Below are positions 1-9,856 of a stretch of DNA of 64,000 bases, in pieces. Under the pieces are notes generated by a model that searched no databases, had not been told where the DNA came from, and saw only the letters and a list, made by a program, of their open reading frames with translations. The stretch covers positions 160,001 through 224,000 of the forward strand of contig CAVXJS010000009.1 in NCBI GenBank assembly GCA_963762145.1, in the 5' to 3' direction. The position numbers and the translations under genes are program-made. The DNA is from an uncultured Candidatus Rokubacteria bacterium. GTDB taxonomy: Bacteria; Methylomirabilota; Methylomirabilia; Rokubacteriales; CSP1-6. Position 1 is the first letter of the stretch. Each line of letters begins with the position of its first letter.

Positions 1-393
1 GTAGCCGTCCGGATTCACGATGAAGCCCGAGCCCATGCTGCGCACGGTGCGGGGCGACGGCGTCTCGCCGAACCGCTTGAAGAACTGCCGGAGCTGCTCG
101 TTGTCCCCGAACGGATTCTGGCCACCGAACGGATTCTGCATCTGCGCGCGGTCCTCCACGCGCTTGGTGCTGATGTTGACGACCGCCGGCTTCAGCGCCC
201 GGGTCAGCTCGACCCAGTTCGGCTGAGGCACCGCCGCCGCGGCGGCGACCGGCACCGGGCGCTCGCTCCAGAGCGGGGCGGACGTGGTGGTGTAGCCCAG
301 GTGCGGCGCGAGCGCCACGAGCCCCACGATGGCGATCGTGGCGACGCCCATCCAGGCGGCGCGACTTCTGGTGACGAATCTGTTCATGGACAT
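1..393 (-). CDS. htrA: HtrA/DegP (Do family) serine protease, N-terminal part (runs off window)
   Basis: Manual translation: MSMNRFVTRS..signal/TM..WVELTRALKPAVVNISTK..RSMGSGFIVNPDGY; SD GAGGAGG upstream; not in ORF track. Confidence 0.9.
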   Translation of the reverse strand, partial: MSMNRFVTRSRAAWMGVATIAIVGLVALAPHLGYTTTSAPLWSERPVPVAAAAAVPQPNWVELTRALKPAVVNISTKRVEDRAQMQNPFGGQNPFGDNEQLRQFFKRFGETPSPRTVRSMGSGFIVNPDGY

Positions 394-446
394 CGTTCCC
401 CTCCTCGGAGGTGTGCAGGTTTGGCTGATCCCAACGGCCTGCGACA

Positions 447-490
447 ACCATAGCCGGGCCGGATGAGAGCCCGGTGAGGCGGAGATGAGA
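447..490 (-). promoter_or_regulatory. htrA promoter: three 11-bp-phased direct repeats (OmpR/PhoB-type box) plus -10 TATGGT
   Basis: Minus strand TCTCAT-N5-CCTCAC-N5-TCTCAT-N10-TATGGT, directly downstream of an OmpR-family two-component pair. Confidence 0.55.
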
Positions 491-496
491 ATTCGC

Positions 497-1897
497 TTAT
501 CCGGCCTGGGCCAGGGGAAGGCGAATGATGAAGCGGCTGCCCGAGCCGGGCCGGCTCTCCACCGACAGCGTGCCGCCGTGGGCGACCGCGATGGATCGGG
601 CGATCGCCAGCCCGAGTCCGGCCCCGCCCGTGTCGCGGGCGCGGGCCGCGTCGAGCCGCACGAACGCCTCGAAGATGCGATCCGTGTCGGCCGCGGGGAT
701 CCCGATGCCGGTGTCGGACACCGTGAGCACCGCGGCCCCATCCGCGGTGGCCAGGCCCAGCTCGACCTTGCCGCCCGACGGCGTGTACTTGACCGCGTTC
801 TCGACCAGGTTGCGCAGGGCCCGGTTCAACGCGACCGCGTCGCCCCATACGATTGCGGGCGAGGCGGTGTCGATGCGCACGCTCACGCCGGCGGGCCGGC
901 CGAGCCGCGCGCCCACGTCGAAGACGTCGAGCAGGAGCGGCTCCAGGTCGACCCGCGCGCGGGGTCCGTCCGGCCCGGCCGTCGAGCGCGACAGGAGGAG
1001 CAGGTCCTCGGCGAGCCGGATCAGGCGCTCCACCTCCTCGAGGCTCGAGGCGAGCACCCGCCGGTACTCCTCGGGCGAGCGCTCGGCCCGCAGGGTCACC
1101 TCGATTCCGCCGCGGAGCGCGGCGAGCGGCGTTCGCAGCTCGTGGGCGGCGTCGGCCGCGAACCGGCGCGTCTGGGCGAAGGACTCCTCGAGGCGCGCGA
1201 GCATCCCGTTCAGGGTCTCGGCCAGCCGCGCCATCTCGTCGCCCGTTGCCGGCCGCTCCACCCGCCGGCTCAGATCCTCGGCGGTGATGCGACGGGCGGT
1301 CAGGGTCATCCGGTCCACCGGACGGAGCGCGGCGCGGGCGATGATCGCCCCTCCGAGAGCGGCGAGCGCCACGCCCAGCGGGATCAGCACGAGGAGGGTG
1401 TGGAGATAGCGGTCGAGGAGCCCCTCGACCCCCCGCAGCGACATCCCGACCTGGACGATGTCCGCCACGCGGCCGTTCCGCACGATCGGCATCGTGAAGA
1501 CTCGGAGGGGCTCCGCGCCGGGGCCGGTGACGGTCTCGAGCGTGCTCTCCCCGCGCGCGGCACGGGCGCGGGCGGTGGCGGACAGGGGCAAGGCGTCGCC
1601 GCGCCGCTGGCCGGTGGGGCCATGCGGCCGGCCCTCCGGATCCAGGAGCCGGAAGAGCTTGTCGTAGAGCTCGGGGCCGAGCAGGTTGCGGAGCAGCGCC
1701 TCGACCTCGCCCTCGGTCTGTCCCGGAGCGCCGGAGTCCTTGATGGCCCGGGCCACCGCGAGGAGCGAGGCATCGAGGTCCTGATGGGCGGTGCGGCGCA
1801 GCCAGGAATAGGACAGCGCGCCGATCGCGACCAGGATCACGAGCAGGAGCGCGCTGTACCAGAGCGTGAGCCGGGTGCGGATGGACAGCGCCTTCAT
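497..1897 (-). CDS. Sensor histidine kinase (2 TM, HAMP, HisKA, HATPase; CusS/MprB-like)
   Basis: Start MKALSIRTRLTLWY; ADAAHELRTPL H-box, NLVENAVKYT N-box, DTGIGI and GGAGLGL G-boxes; ATGA overlap with regulator. Confidence 0.93.
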   Translation of the reverse strand: MKALSIRTRLTLWYSALLLVILVAIGALSYSWLRRTAHQDLDASLLAVARAIKDSGAPGQTEGEVEALLRNLLGPELYDKLFRLLDPEGRPHGPTGQRRGDALPLSATARARAARGESTLETVTGPGAEPLRVFTMPIVRNGRVADIVQVGMSLRGVEGLLDRYLHTLLVLIPLGVALAALGGAIIARAALRPVDRMTLTARRITAEDLSRRVERPATGDEMARLAETLNGMLARLEESFAQTRRFAADAAHELRTPLAALRGGIEVTLRAERSPEEYRRVLASSLEEVERLIRLAEDLLLLSRSTAGPDGPRARVDLEPLLLDVFDVGARLGRPAGVSVRIDTASPAIVWGDAVALNRALRNLVENAVKYTPSGGKVELGLATADGAAVLTVSDTGIGIPAADTDRIFEAFVRLDAARARDTGGAGLGLAIARSIAVAHGGTLSVESRPGSGSRFIIRLPLAQAG

Positions 1898-2571
1898 CGC
1901 TCGACCCGCAGCGAGTAGCCCGCGCCGCGCACCGTCTGCACCAGGCGGGTCTCTCCGTCCGCGTCGATCTTGCGGCGCAAATAGCCCACGTAGACGTCGA
2001 CGATGTTGCTCTCGGGGTCGAAATCCATCCCCCAGACGTGCTGGGTGATCATGGGCCGGGTGAGCACGCGGCCCGTGTTGCGCAGCAGATACTCGAGCAG
2101 CGCGTACTCGCGGGCGGTCAGCGAGATGCGGCGCCGGCCCCGGGTGACGATTCGCGTGGCGGGATCCAGCGAGAGGTCGCCCAGGCGGAGCACCGGCGCG
2201 GCGCCGCCGGACCCGCGCCGCAGGAGCGCCCGCACCCGCGCGAGGAGCTCCTCGAAGGCGAAGGGCTTGACCAGGTAGTCGTCGGCGCCCGCGTCGAGCC
2301 CGGCGACCTTGTCGGCCACCCCGTCCCGCGCGGTCAGGAGGAGCACGGGGGCCTGCATCCGGCTCGCCCGGAGAGCGCGGAGCACCTGGAGGCCGTCGCG
2401 CTTCGGCAGCATCACGTCGAGGACGACGAGATCGAAGGGCGGGCCGTCCGCCACTGCGTCGAGCGCGGCCTCGCCGTCCGCCGCCACCTCCACCGCGTGC
2501 CCTTCCTCCGCGAGTCCCTGGCGGATGAAGGCCGCGACCTTCCGCTCGTCTTCGACCACGAGGATCCGCAT
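1894..2571 (-). CDS. OmpR/PhoB-family response regulator
   Basis: MRILVVEDE, LDVMLP, GADDYLVKPF, SNIVDVYVGYLRRKID, TVRGAGY. Confidence 0.95.
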   Translation of the reverse strand: MRILVVEDERKVAAFIRQGLAEEGHAVEVAADGEAALDAVADGPPFDLVVLDVMLPKRDGLQVLRALRASRMQAPVLLLTARDGVADKVAGLDAGADDYLVKPFAFEELLARVRALLRRGSGGAAPVLRLGDLSLDPATRIVTRGRRRISLTAREYALLEYLLRNTGRVLTRPMITQHVWGMDFDPESNIVDVYVGYLRRKIDADGETRLVQTVRGAGYSLRVER

Positions 2572-2624
2572 GGCGGATGTAGAATCGCACACATGCTCGT
2601 GACAAGACCAACGGAGGCGCCGTC

Positions 2625-3656
2625 ATGATCGATCTCTACAGCGACACCCTGACGAAACCCACCCCCGACATGCGCCGGTTCATGTGCGAGGCCGAGGTCG
2701 GCGACGAGCAGAAGGGCGAGGACCCGACCGTGAACCTGCTGCAGGAGACGGTGGCCGATCTCCTCGGCAAGGAGGCGGCGGTCTTCCTCCCGTCCGGCAC
2801 CATGTGCAACGAGATCGCGGTCAAGGTGCACACGCGGCCCGGCGACGAGGTGCTGGCCGACCGCACCTCGCACCTGATCCACTTCGAGGGCGGCGGCCCC
2901 GGCCTGCTCTCGGGCGTGCTGATGGGCTCGCTCGACGGCGAGCGCGGTGTCTTCACCTCCGCCCAGCTACGCGCCGCCACGCACCCGCGCTCGCGCTACG
3001 CGCCCCCGACGCGCCTGGTCTCGGTGGAGAACACCAGCAATCTCGGCGGCGGCCGGGTGTGGTCCCTCGCCCAGGTGGAGGACGTGAGCCGCGCCGCGCG
3101 CGGGCTCGGGCTCGCCACCCACATGGACGGGGCGCGGCTGCTCAACGCGGTGGTGGCCTCGGGGACGCCCGCGCGCGCCTACGCCGCGCACGTGGACTCG
3201 CTCTGGATCGACTTCAGCAAGGGGCTCGGCGCGCCGGTGGGCGCCTGCCTGGCCGGCTCCCGCGCCTTCATCGAGGAGGCCTGGCGCTACAAGCAGGCGC
3301 TGGGCGGCGCCATGCGGCAGGCCGGCATCATCGCGGCGGGCGGCGTCTACGCGCTCCGCCACCACGTGAGCCGGCTCGCGGAGGACCACGACAACGCGAA
3401 GGCGTTCGCGCGCGGGATCGCGGGCCTGCGCGGGATCGGCCTCGATCCCGCGCACGTCGAGACCAACATCGTGATCTTCGACGTGGCGGGCACCGGGGTC
3501 ACCGCCCAGGCCCTCGCCGACCGGCTCCTCGCCACCCCCGCGAACGTGCGGCTCAGCGTCATGGGCGAGAGCCGCCTGCGCGCGGTCACCCACCTCGACG
3601 TCTCGCGCAAGCAGATCGACGCCGCGGTCGAGGCCATGGCGGCCGTCACCGCTTGA
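2625..3656 (+). CDS. ltaE: Low-specificity L-threonine aldolase (PLP)
   Basis: [49 protein letters not shown]. Confidence 0.92.
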   Translation: MIDLYSDTLTKPTPDMRRFMCEAEVGDEQKGEDPTVNLLQETVADLLGKEAAVFLPSGTMCNEIAVKVHTRPGDEVLADRTSHLIHFEGGGPGLLSGVLMGSLDGERGVFTSAQLRAATHPRSRYAPPTRLVSVENTSNLGGGRVWSLAQVEDVSRAARGLGLATHMDGARLLNAVVASGTPARAYAAHVDSLWIDFSKGLGAPVGACLAGSRAFIEEAWRYKQALGGAMRQAGIIAAGGVYALRHHVSRLAEDHDNAKAFARGIAGLRGIGLDPAHVETNIVIFDVAGTGVTAQALADRLLATPANVRLSVMGESRLRAVTHLDVSRKQIDAAVEAMAAVTA

Positions 3657-3681
3657 CAGAGGGAGGCGGCCCGTTTAGCGT
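3653..3681 (+). promoter_or_regulatory. Sigma70-type promoter, probably leaderless, for the sulfur cluster
   Basis: TTGACA(3653-58)-N17-TAGCGT(3676-81), 7 nt before ATG 3689. Confidence 0.65.
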
Positions 3682-3688
3682 CCGGGAG

Positions 3689-5278
3689 ATGACTGCCGCC
3701 GCGATCTCCCCCGAGCAGCTCGCCACGCTCCTCGAGCAGCCCTCCCCGCACGCCCTCCTGGACGTGCGCGAGCGGGCCGCCTTCGAGCGCGGACACATCT
3801 ATCGCGCGACCCCCCTGCCCCGGCGGCTCATCGAGCTGCGCCTGCCCGGGCTGGTGACCGCGCCGGGCACGCTGATCGTGCTCTACGACGACGATGGCAG
3901 CCTCGCCGCGCTCGCCGCGCTCACCCTCGCCGAGATGGGCTACACCGAGGTCTTCGTGCTGACCGGCGGCCTCGAGGCCTGGCGGCGCGCCGGGCACCCG
4001 GTGGTCCAGGGCCTCAACGTGCCGAGCAAGGTCTTCGGCGAGCGCGTGCTGCACGACTTCAAGACGCCCGAGATCACCTGCCTCGAGCTCTCCGCGCAGA
4101 TGACGGAGGGGCGCGACATGGTGATCGTGGACACCCGCACCCCGGAGGAGTACTCGCGCGGCTGTCTGCCCGGCGCGTGGAGCATGCCGGGCGGCGAGCT
4201 CGTGCTCCGGATCGGCGAGCTGGTGGCGAGCCCGGAGCAGACCATCGTCGTGCACTGCGGCGGGCGGACCCGCTCCTACCTGGGCGCCGAGTCGCTCCGC
4301 CGCATGGGGCTGCCCAACCCGATCGTGGCGGTGAAGAACGGCACGATGGGCTGGCAGCTCGACGGGCTCGAGCTCGAGCGCGGGGCGACCCGCTGGCCGC
4401 CCGCGCCCTCCGAGAGGAGCCGCGCGCGGGCCGTCGAGATCGCCACGCGCGTGGCCGCGGAGGACGGCACCCCGCTCGTCTCCGCGGACGCGGTCGCCGA
4501 GCGCTGGAACCGGCGCGAGCGCGAGAACGTGACGATGTTCGACGTGCGGACCCGGGAGGAGTACGACGCCGGGCACGTGCCGGGGTCGACCTGGGTGCCC
4601 GGCGGCCAGGCGGTGCAGGCCACCGACGACAACATGGCGGTGCGCGCCGGCTGGCTGGTCCTGATCTGTGACGGCTTCGGCCGCTCGGTCATGACCGCGG
4701 GCTGGCTCAAGCGCATGGGCTTCCCCCACGTGGCGGTGCTGGACGGGGGCGTGCCGGCGTGGCAGCGCTCCGGTCGCCCGCTCGAGACCGGCGAGCCGGT
4801 CGCCACCCCGTTCGGCTTCGACGCGGCCCGCCGCGTGGTCGAGCACGTGCCGCCCGGGCCGGTCGGCGACGCGGTGGTGCTGAGCGTGGACCCGAGCGAC
4901 GTCTACCAGCGGGGGCACGTGCCCGGCGCGCGGTGGATCGGTCGCGGGCGGCTCGAGCTGCTCATCGGCCGCGCCGCGCCCGACACCGGCGCCGCCGTGC
5001 TCTTCACCTGCGCCGACGGCGTGCAGTCCACCCTGGCCGCGGCCACGCTGAGACGTCTGGGCTATGCGGCCGCGCGCGTGCTGGACGGCGGCCTCGCGGC
5101 CTGGAGGGCGGCCGGTCTCCCGGTGGAGACCGGAGCCGGCACCATGCTCGGCGAGACGGACGACGTCGTCCAGAAGCCGTACGAGCGCGGGCGAGCCGCC
5201 ATGGAGGCGTACCTGCGCTGGGAAGAGGCGCTCGACCAGCGCGGCGTGAGCCCGCACGCGCTGCTGCCGCCGCGATGA
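3689..5278 (+). CDS. Four-domain rhodanese-related sulfurtransferase
   Basis: True start MTAAAISPEQL inside ORF 2684..5278; four repeats of DVR/DTR..GH(I/V)PGA..LxGG; HCGGRTRS; GLNVPSKVFGE; C-terminal AMEAYLRWE. Confidence 0.88.
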   Translation: MTAAAISPEQLATLLEQPSPHALLDVRERAAFERGHIYRATPLPRRLIELRLPGLVTAPGTLIVLYDDDGSLAALAALTLAEMGYTEVFVLTGGLEAWRRAGHPVVQGLNVPSKVFGERVLHDFKTPEITCLELSAQMTEGRDMVIVDTRTPEEYSRGCLPGAWSMPGGELVLRIGELVASPEQTIVVHCGGRTRSYLGAESLRRMGLPNPIVAVKNGTMGWQLDGLELERGATRWPPAPSERSRARAVEIATRVAAEDGTPLVSADAVAERWNRRERENVTMFDVRTREEYDAGHVPGSTWVPGGQAVQATDDNMAVRAGWLVLICDGFGRSVMTAGWLKRMGFPHVAVLDGGVPAWQRSGRPLETGEPVATPFGFDAARRVVEHVPPGPVGDAVVLSVDPSDVYQRGHVPGARWIGRGRLELLIGRAAPDTGAAVLFTCADGVQSTLAAATLRRLGYAAARVLDGGLAAWRAAGLPVETGAGTMLGETDDVVQKPYERGRAAMEAYLRWEEALDQRGVSPHALLPPR

Positions 5279-6126
5279 TCCCGTTCGGCCAGGATCCGCT
5301 CGTGAGCACCGAGTGGCTGGCCGCCCACCTGGGCGAGCCCGATCTCCGGGTGGTGGACGCCACCTTCTATCTCCCGCACCTCAAGCGCGACGCGCGCGCC
5401 GAGTTCGAGCAGGCCCACCTGCCGGGGGCGGTCTTCTTCGACATCGAGACCATCTCGGACCACGCCAACCCGCTGCCGCACATGCTGCCGGACGCTCGCG
5501 AGTTCGCTCACGCGGTGGGCGCGCTGGGCATCGGGACGGGCGACCGGGTGGTGGCCTACGGAGGGCGCGGGCTGATCGCCTCCGCGCGGGTGTGGTGGAC
5601 CTTCCGCGCCTTCGGCCACGAGCGGGTGGCGGTGCTCGACGGCGGCTCGGCCAAGTGGAAGAAGGAAGGCCGTCCGGTCGAGTCGGGCACGCCCTCCCCG
5701 GCCCCGCGGCAGTTCGCGGCCACGCTCCACAAGGAGCTGGTGGCCGACCTCGACCGCGTGCTTGCCACGCTCGAGCGGCGCGACGCCCAGATCATCGACG
5801 CGCGCTCGCGCGGGCGCTTCGCGGCCACCGAGCCCGAGATCCGTCCCGGTCTCCGGGGTGGCCACATCCCCGGGAGCCTCAACCTGCCCTACAACGAGCT
5901 GTTCTCGCCCGACGACGACGTGCTCCGTCCGGAGACGGACGTGCGCGGCGCCTTCCAGGGCGCGGGCCTCGACCTGACGCGCCCGGTGGTGGCCACCTGC
6001 GGCTCCGGCGTGAGCGCGGCGGTGCTGGCGCTCGCGATGTACCGGCTGGGCCGTCGCGACGCGGCGGTATACGACGGCTCGTGGACCGAATGGGGTGGCC
6101 GCCGCGACACCCCCGTCGCTCCCTGA
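5275..6126 (+). CDS. sseA: 3-mercaptopyruvate sulfurtransferase
   Basis: LVSTEWL, HLPGAVFFD, PHMLP, ARVWW, GHIPGS, catalytic CGSGVSA, YDGSWTEW. Confidence 0.93.
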   Translation: MIPFGQDPLVSTEWLAAHLGEPDLRVVDATFYLPHLKRDARAEFEQAHLPGAVFFDIETISDHANPLPHMLPDAREFAHAVGALGIGTGDRVVAYGGRGLIASARVWWTFRAFGHERVAVLDGGSAKWKKEGRPVESGTPSPAPRQFAATLHKELVADLDRVLATLERRDAQIIDARSRGRFAATEPEIRPGLRGGHIPGSLNLPYNELFSPDDDVLRPETDVRGAFQGAGLDLTRPVVATCGSGVSAAVLALAMYRLGRRDAAVYDGSWTEWGGRRDTPVAP

Positions 6127-6151
6127 GCGGCCGCCGACTGGAGAATCGACG

Positions 6152-6715
6152 ATGTCGTCCGAGACCTATACCCTCGAGCAGTTCGTGGCGGACCTCGACC
6201 GGATCACCGCGCGTGAGACCGCGCCCGAAGCCATCACCGCCCAGATCGAGCCGCTCCTCGCGCGCCTGATCAGGAATCCCGACGCGATCCCCGCCCGGTT
6301 CCGCGGGCGCGCCCCGGACGGCGGGCGCGGGCGCTTCATGCTCCACAGAGCGAAGCGCTTCAACGTCACCTCGGTGGTGTGGCGGCCCGGCGACCGCGCG
6401 GGCGCCCACAACCACGAGACGTGGGGCGTGATCGGCGTCATCGACAACGAGATCGAGGAGACCCGCTATCGGGTGACCGAGCGCGCGGGCGGCAACGCCA
6501 CCGTCGCGGTCACCAGCGTCACCCGCCACGCGGCGGGCGCGATATCGCGCCTGGTGCCGCCGGCCGACGAGGTGCACGCCATGCACAACCCGACCGCGCG
6601 CGACACGGTCGAGATCCACGTGTACGGCAAGGATCTCTACGGGCTGTCACGCAAGACGTGGGCCGCCGACGGCCGCGTCTCGTCGCTCGTCAGCTCGAAA
6701 TACGTCAACTGCTGA
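6152..6715 (+). CDS. Cysteine/thiol dioxygenase family cupin
   Basis: VVWRPG..HNHETWG, EVH, IHVYG (3-His cupin); SD GGAG upstream. Confidence 0.8.
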   Translation: MSSETYTLEQFVADLDRITARETAPEAITAQIEPLLARLIRNPDAIPARFRGRAPDGGRGRFMLHRAKRFNVTSVVWRPGDRAGAHNHETWGVIGVIDNEIEETRYRVTERAGGNATVAVTSVTRHAAGAISRLVPPADEVHAMHNPTARDTVEIHVYGKDLYGLSRKTWAADGRVSSLVSSKYVNC

Positions 6716-6741
6716 GCCACCCCGGTCAGGAGGACCACCAC

Positions 6742-7377
6742 ATGTCACTGAGACTCGGAGACACCGCGCCCGACTTCACCGCCGAGACCACCCAGGGACC
6801 GGTCAAGTTCCACGACTGGATCGGGGACGGCTGGGCCATTCTCTTCTCGCACCCGCGCGACTACACGCCGGTGTGCACCACCGAGCTGGGCTACGTGGCG
6901 CGGCTCAAGGGCGAGTTCGACAAGCGGGACGTCAAGTGCATCGGGCTGTCGATCGATCCGCTCGACTCCCACAAGGGCTGGATGGCCGACATCAAGGAGA
7001 CGCAGGGGCACGAGCCGAAATTCCCGGTGATCGCGGACCCCGAGCGTAAGGTCGCCAACCTCTACGGCATGATGCACCCCGCGCACGACGAGGTGTACAC
7101 CGTGCGCACCGTGTTCGTGATCGACCCCAAGAAGAAGATCCGCCTGATGATCACGTATCCCCAGACCACCGGCCGCAACTTCGACGAGATCCTGCGCGTG
7201 ATCGATTCCCTCCAGCTCACCGACGGCTACCGGGTGGCCACTCCCGTGAACTGGAAGCCGGGCGAGGACGTCATCATCGTGCCCGCGGTCACCGACGAGG
7301 AAGCGAAGAGCAAGTTCCCCAAGGGCTGGAAGGCGCTCAAGCCCTACCTGCGCCTCACCCCGCAGCCGAACAAGTAG
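6742..7377 (+). CDS. 1-Cys peroxiredoxin (Prx6/LsfA-like)
   Basis: FSHPRDYTPVCTTELG, TGRNFDEILR, ATPVNW, PYLR; SD AGGAGG. Confidence 0.95.
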   Translation: MSLRLGDTAPDFTAETTQGPVKFHDWIGDGWAILFSHPRDYTPVCTTELGYVARLKGEFDKRDVKCIGLSIDPLDSHKGWMADIKETQGHEPKFPVIADPERKVANLYGMMHPAHDEVYTVRTVFVIDPKKKIRLMITYPQTTGRNFDEILRVIDSLQLTDGYRVATPVNWKPGEDVIIVPAVTDEEAKSKFPKGWKALKPYLRLTPQPNK

Positions 7378-7398
7378 CGACCACCCGGGCCTCTTCCC

Positions 7399-8493
7399 AT
7401 GAAAGGCGCCGACGTGCTCGTGGTCGGAGCGGGGTGCGTCGGCGCCAACGTGGCCTATCGACTCGCCGAGCGCGGGGCCACCGTGACCGTGCTCGACGCG
7501 GGCTCCCCCGGCGCCGGGGCGTCGGGGGCGAGCTTCGCGTGGACGAACTCGTTCAACAAGACGCCGCGCGACTACCACGACCTCAACGTCGCGAGCATGG
7601 AGGAGCACGCCGCCCTCGCCAAGGAGCTGGGCGGCGGCGGCTGGCTCCACCAGGACGGCGCGCTCGCGTGGGAGGAGGGGCCGGCCGGGCTCGCCCGCCT
7701 CGGGCAGGCGGTGGAGCGCCTCACCGGCTGGGCCTACGCGGTCGAGCGGATCACTCCGAGGCAGGCTCTCGAGATCGAGCCCGATCTCCGCATCGGCCCC
7801 GACGTCGAGCAGGTCGTGTGGACCCCGGGCGAGGGCTACGTGGAAGCGGTCCCGTTCATCGGCGCGCTGCTCGCCGAGGCCACGCGGCGCGGCGCCCGCG
7901 TGCTCCCCGGCCGGCGCGTGGCCGCGGTGATCCGCTCGGGCGCCCGCGTGCGCGGCGTGAGCACCGCGAGCGGTGAGCGTTTCGAGGCCGACGTGCTCGT
8001 GGACTGCGCCGGCGTGGCCATGGACGAGATCGCCCTCCTGGCCGGCGTCGCCCTCCCGATCGACCGCGTGCCCGGCCGCCTGATCTACACCGCGCCGGTC
8101 GCCACGACTCTCCGTCGGCCGATCCACGCCCCGGGCTGCCACTTCCGTCCGGACGGCGGCGGGCGCATCGTGCTGGCCGAGGGCGCACACGACCAGGTCT
8201 GGGCCGAGGCCGCCCCAGCCTGGCCGCCGGAGCGCTCGCTCGCGACGGTGGCCGCGCATCTGCCGGCGCTGGCGGGCGCACGGGTCGAGGCGACGCGCAT
8301 CGGGGTACGCCCGATGCCGCGGGACGAGCAGCCGATGGTCGGCGGCATCCCCGGCCTCGACGGCTTCTACGTCGTCGCCTCGCACAGCGGCGTCACGCTC
8401 GGCCCGCTCTGGGGCCGCATCGCCGCCGCCGAGCTCCTCGACGGTGCCCTCGACCCGCGCCTCGTCCCCTATCGCCCCGCCCGCTTCCTGTAG
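7399..8493 (+). CDS. FAD-dependent oxidoreductase (DAO/glycine oxidase/SoxB-like)
   Basis: VVGAGCVG dinucleotide motif, GASGASFAW, GVRPMPRD, HSGVTLGP. Confidence 0.85.
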   Translation: MKGADVLVVGAGCVGANVAYRLAERGATVTVLDAGSPGAGASGASFAWTNSFNKTPRDYHDLNVASMEEHAALAKELGGGGWLHQDGALAWEEGPAGLARLGQAVERLTGWAYAVERITPRQALEIEPDLRIGPDVEQVVWTPGEGYVEAVPFIGALLAEATRRGARVLPGRRVAAVIRSGARVRGVSTASGERFEADVLVDCAGVAMDEIALLAGVALPIDRVPGRLIYTAPVATTLRRPIHAPGCHFRPDGGGRIVLAEGAHDQVWAEAAPAWPPERSLATVAAHLPALAGARVEATRIGVRPMPRDEQPMVGGIPGLDGFYVVASHSGVTLGPLWGRIAAAELLDGALDPRLVPYRPARFL

Positions 8494-8498
8494 GGGAC

Positions 8499-8771
8499 AT
8501 GACGCGTCAGGCCCTCGCGGCCGCGGTCCTGGCGCTGCTCATCGCCGCCGCGCCCGCGGGAGCTCACGCCGCCGAGATCAAGTCTCTGACCGAGATCATC
8601 CTGAGAGAGATCGGCCTCGTGGGCCCCTGCCGCCGGAGATACAGTCGACGGTGTACTTCGCGGGTGGAGTCAGCGCGGCCGGCAACCGGAGCGGCCCGGC
8701 AGCTCATCGCGTTCCTGAAGTGCCCGCGGGCCGCCCAGGTAATCAGGGCCCGAGGCATGAGCCCGGAGTGA
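8499..8771 (+). pseudogene. Internally deleted ModA-like (molybdate-type ABC) substrate-binding protein remnant
   Basis: Signal peptide ..AHAAEIK joined to C-terminal motifs VGPLPPEIQ..YFAGG and LIAFL..P.AA.VIRARGM.P spread over two frames. Confidence 0.5.
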
Positions 8772-8870
8772 GCGAGCCGAGCCCGGCCCCGCTGCCGCGA
8801 CCCGTTTGACCTGCCCCGGGGGATCTGGCAGGATCACGCGATGGCGTTGCCCCTCCCAAAGGAGAGATGA

Positions 8871-9856
8871 ATGAGAGTGCTGCTCGCGGTCGTGCTCGTC
8901 GTGGCGGTCGGCGTGTCGGGGGCGGCCGCCCAGGCGCCCGCGCCGGTCAATCTCGCCTTCTCCACCCTGGATACCGGCAGCGCCTGGTACGTCTACGGCG
9001 CCACCATCGCCGAGCTGCTGCGGAAGACCTGCCGGCGGGCTCGAACATCGACGTCAAGCCGCGCGCCGGCGGCGTCGGCAACCCGCGGCTGGTGGCCAAG
9101 AACGAGACGCCGCTCGGCCTGTCGTTCACGGTGACCAACCGCTGGGCCCTCGAGGGCAAGGAGGCCTACGACCGAGAAGCTCGAGAACATCCGCGCCCTC
9201 GTCGGCGGCTTCGACACCTACTATCTCGTCGCCATGGCCACCAAGAAGCTCGGGATCACCTCGGTGCGCGAGCATCCGCGACAAGAAGCTGCCGGTCCGC
9301 GTCTACACCCAGCCGGTCGGCTCGCTCGGCGAGTTCGCCGGGCGCCAGGTAGCTGCGCGCGGCCGGCCTCAGCTACGCCGATATCAAGGGCTTCGGCGGC
9401 TCCACCCAGCACGTGGGCTACAACGTCATCATCGACGCCTTCAAGGACGGCCGCGCCGACATCCTGTTCGCGGTCGTGACCCCCAAGCACCCGTCGGTGA
9501 GCGAGATCGTGTCCTCGGTGGACGTGGAGTTCCTGGGTCTCGACGCGGATACCGCGAAGGCGCTGCTGCCGCTCGGCTACGTCGCGGCCACGATGCCGCC
9601 CGAGACCTTCAAGAACCAGTCGAAGCCGGTCAGCACCGTCGGATTCCCCACGGTGCTCATCACCAACTCGGACCTGCCCGAGCCGATCGCCTACACGGTG
9701 ACGAAGACCGTGGTGGAGAACAAGGACGCGCTCGTGCGCGGCCACGGCGGGCTGGCCGATTTCGATCCGCGGACGGCGTGGCAGCCCGATAAGGTCGGCA
9801 TCCCCCTGCATCCGGGCGCCGAGCGGGCGTACCGCGAGAAGGGGTGGATGAAATAG
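8871..9856 (+). CDS. TAXI-family TRAP solute-binding protein (frameshifted)
   Basis: Pieces in successive frames: STLDTGSAWYVYG, AGGVGNPRLV, AFKDGRADI, YTVTKTV, IPLHPGAERAYREKG. Confidence 0.85.

Noticed and set aside
107-138. 18-bp-period duplication (QNPFGG QNPFGD) in htrA
   Set aside because: In-frame, in the variable loop of HtrA; only two copies
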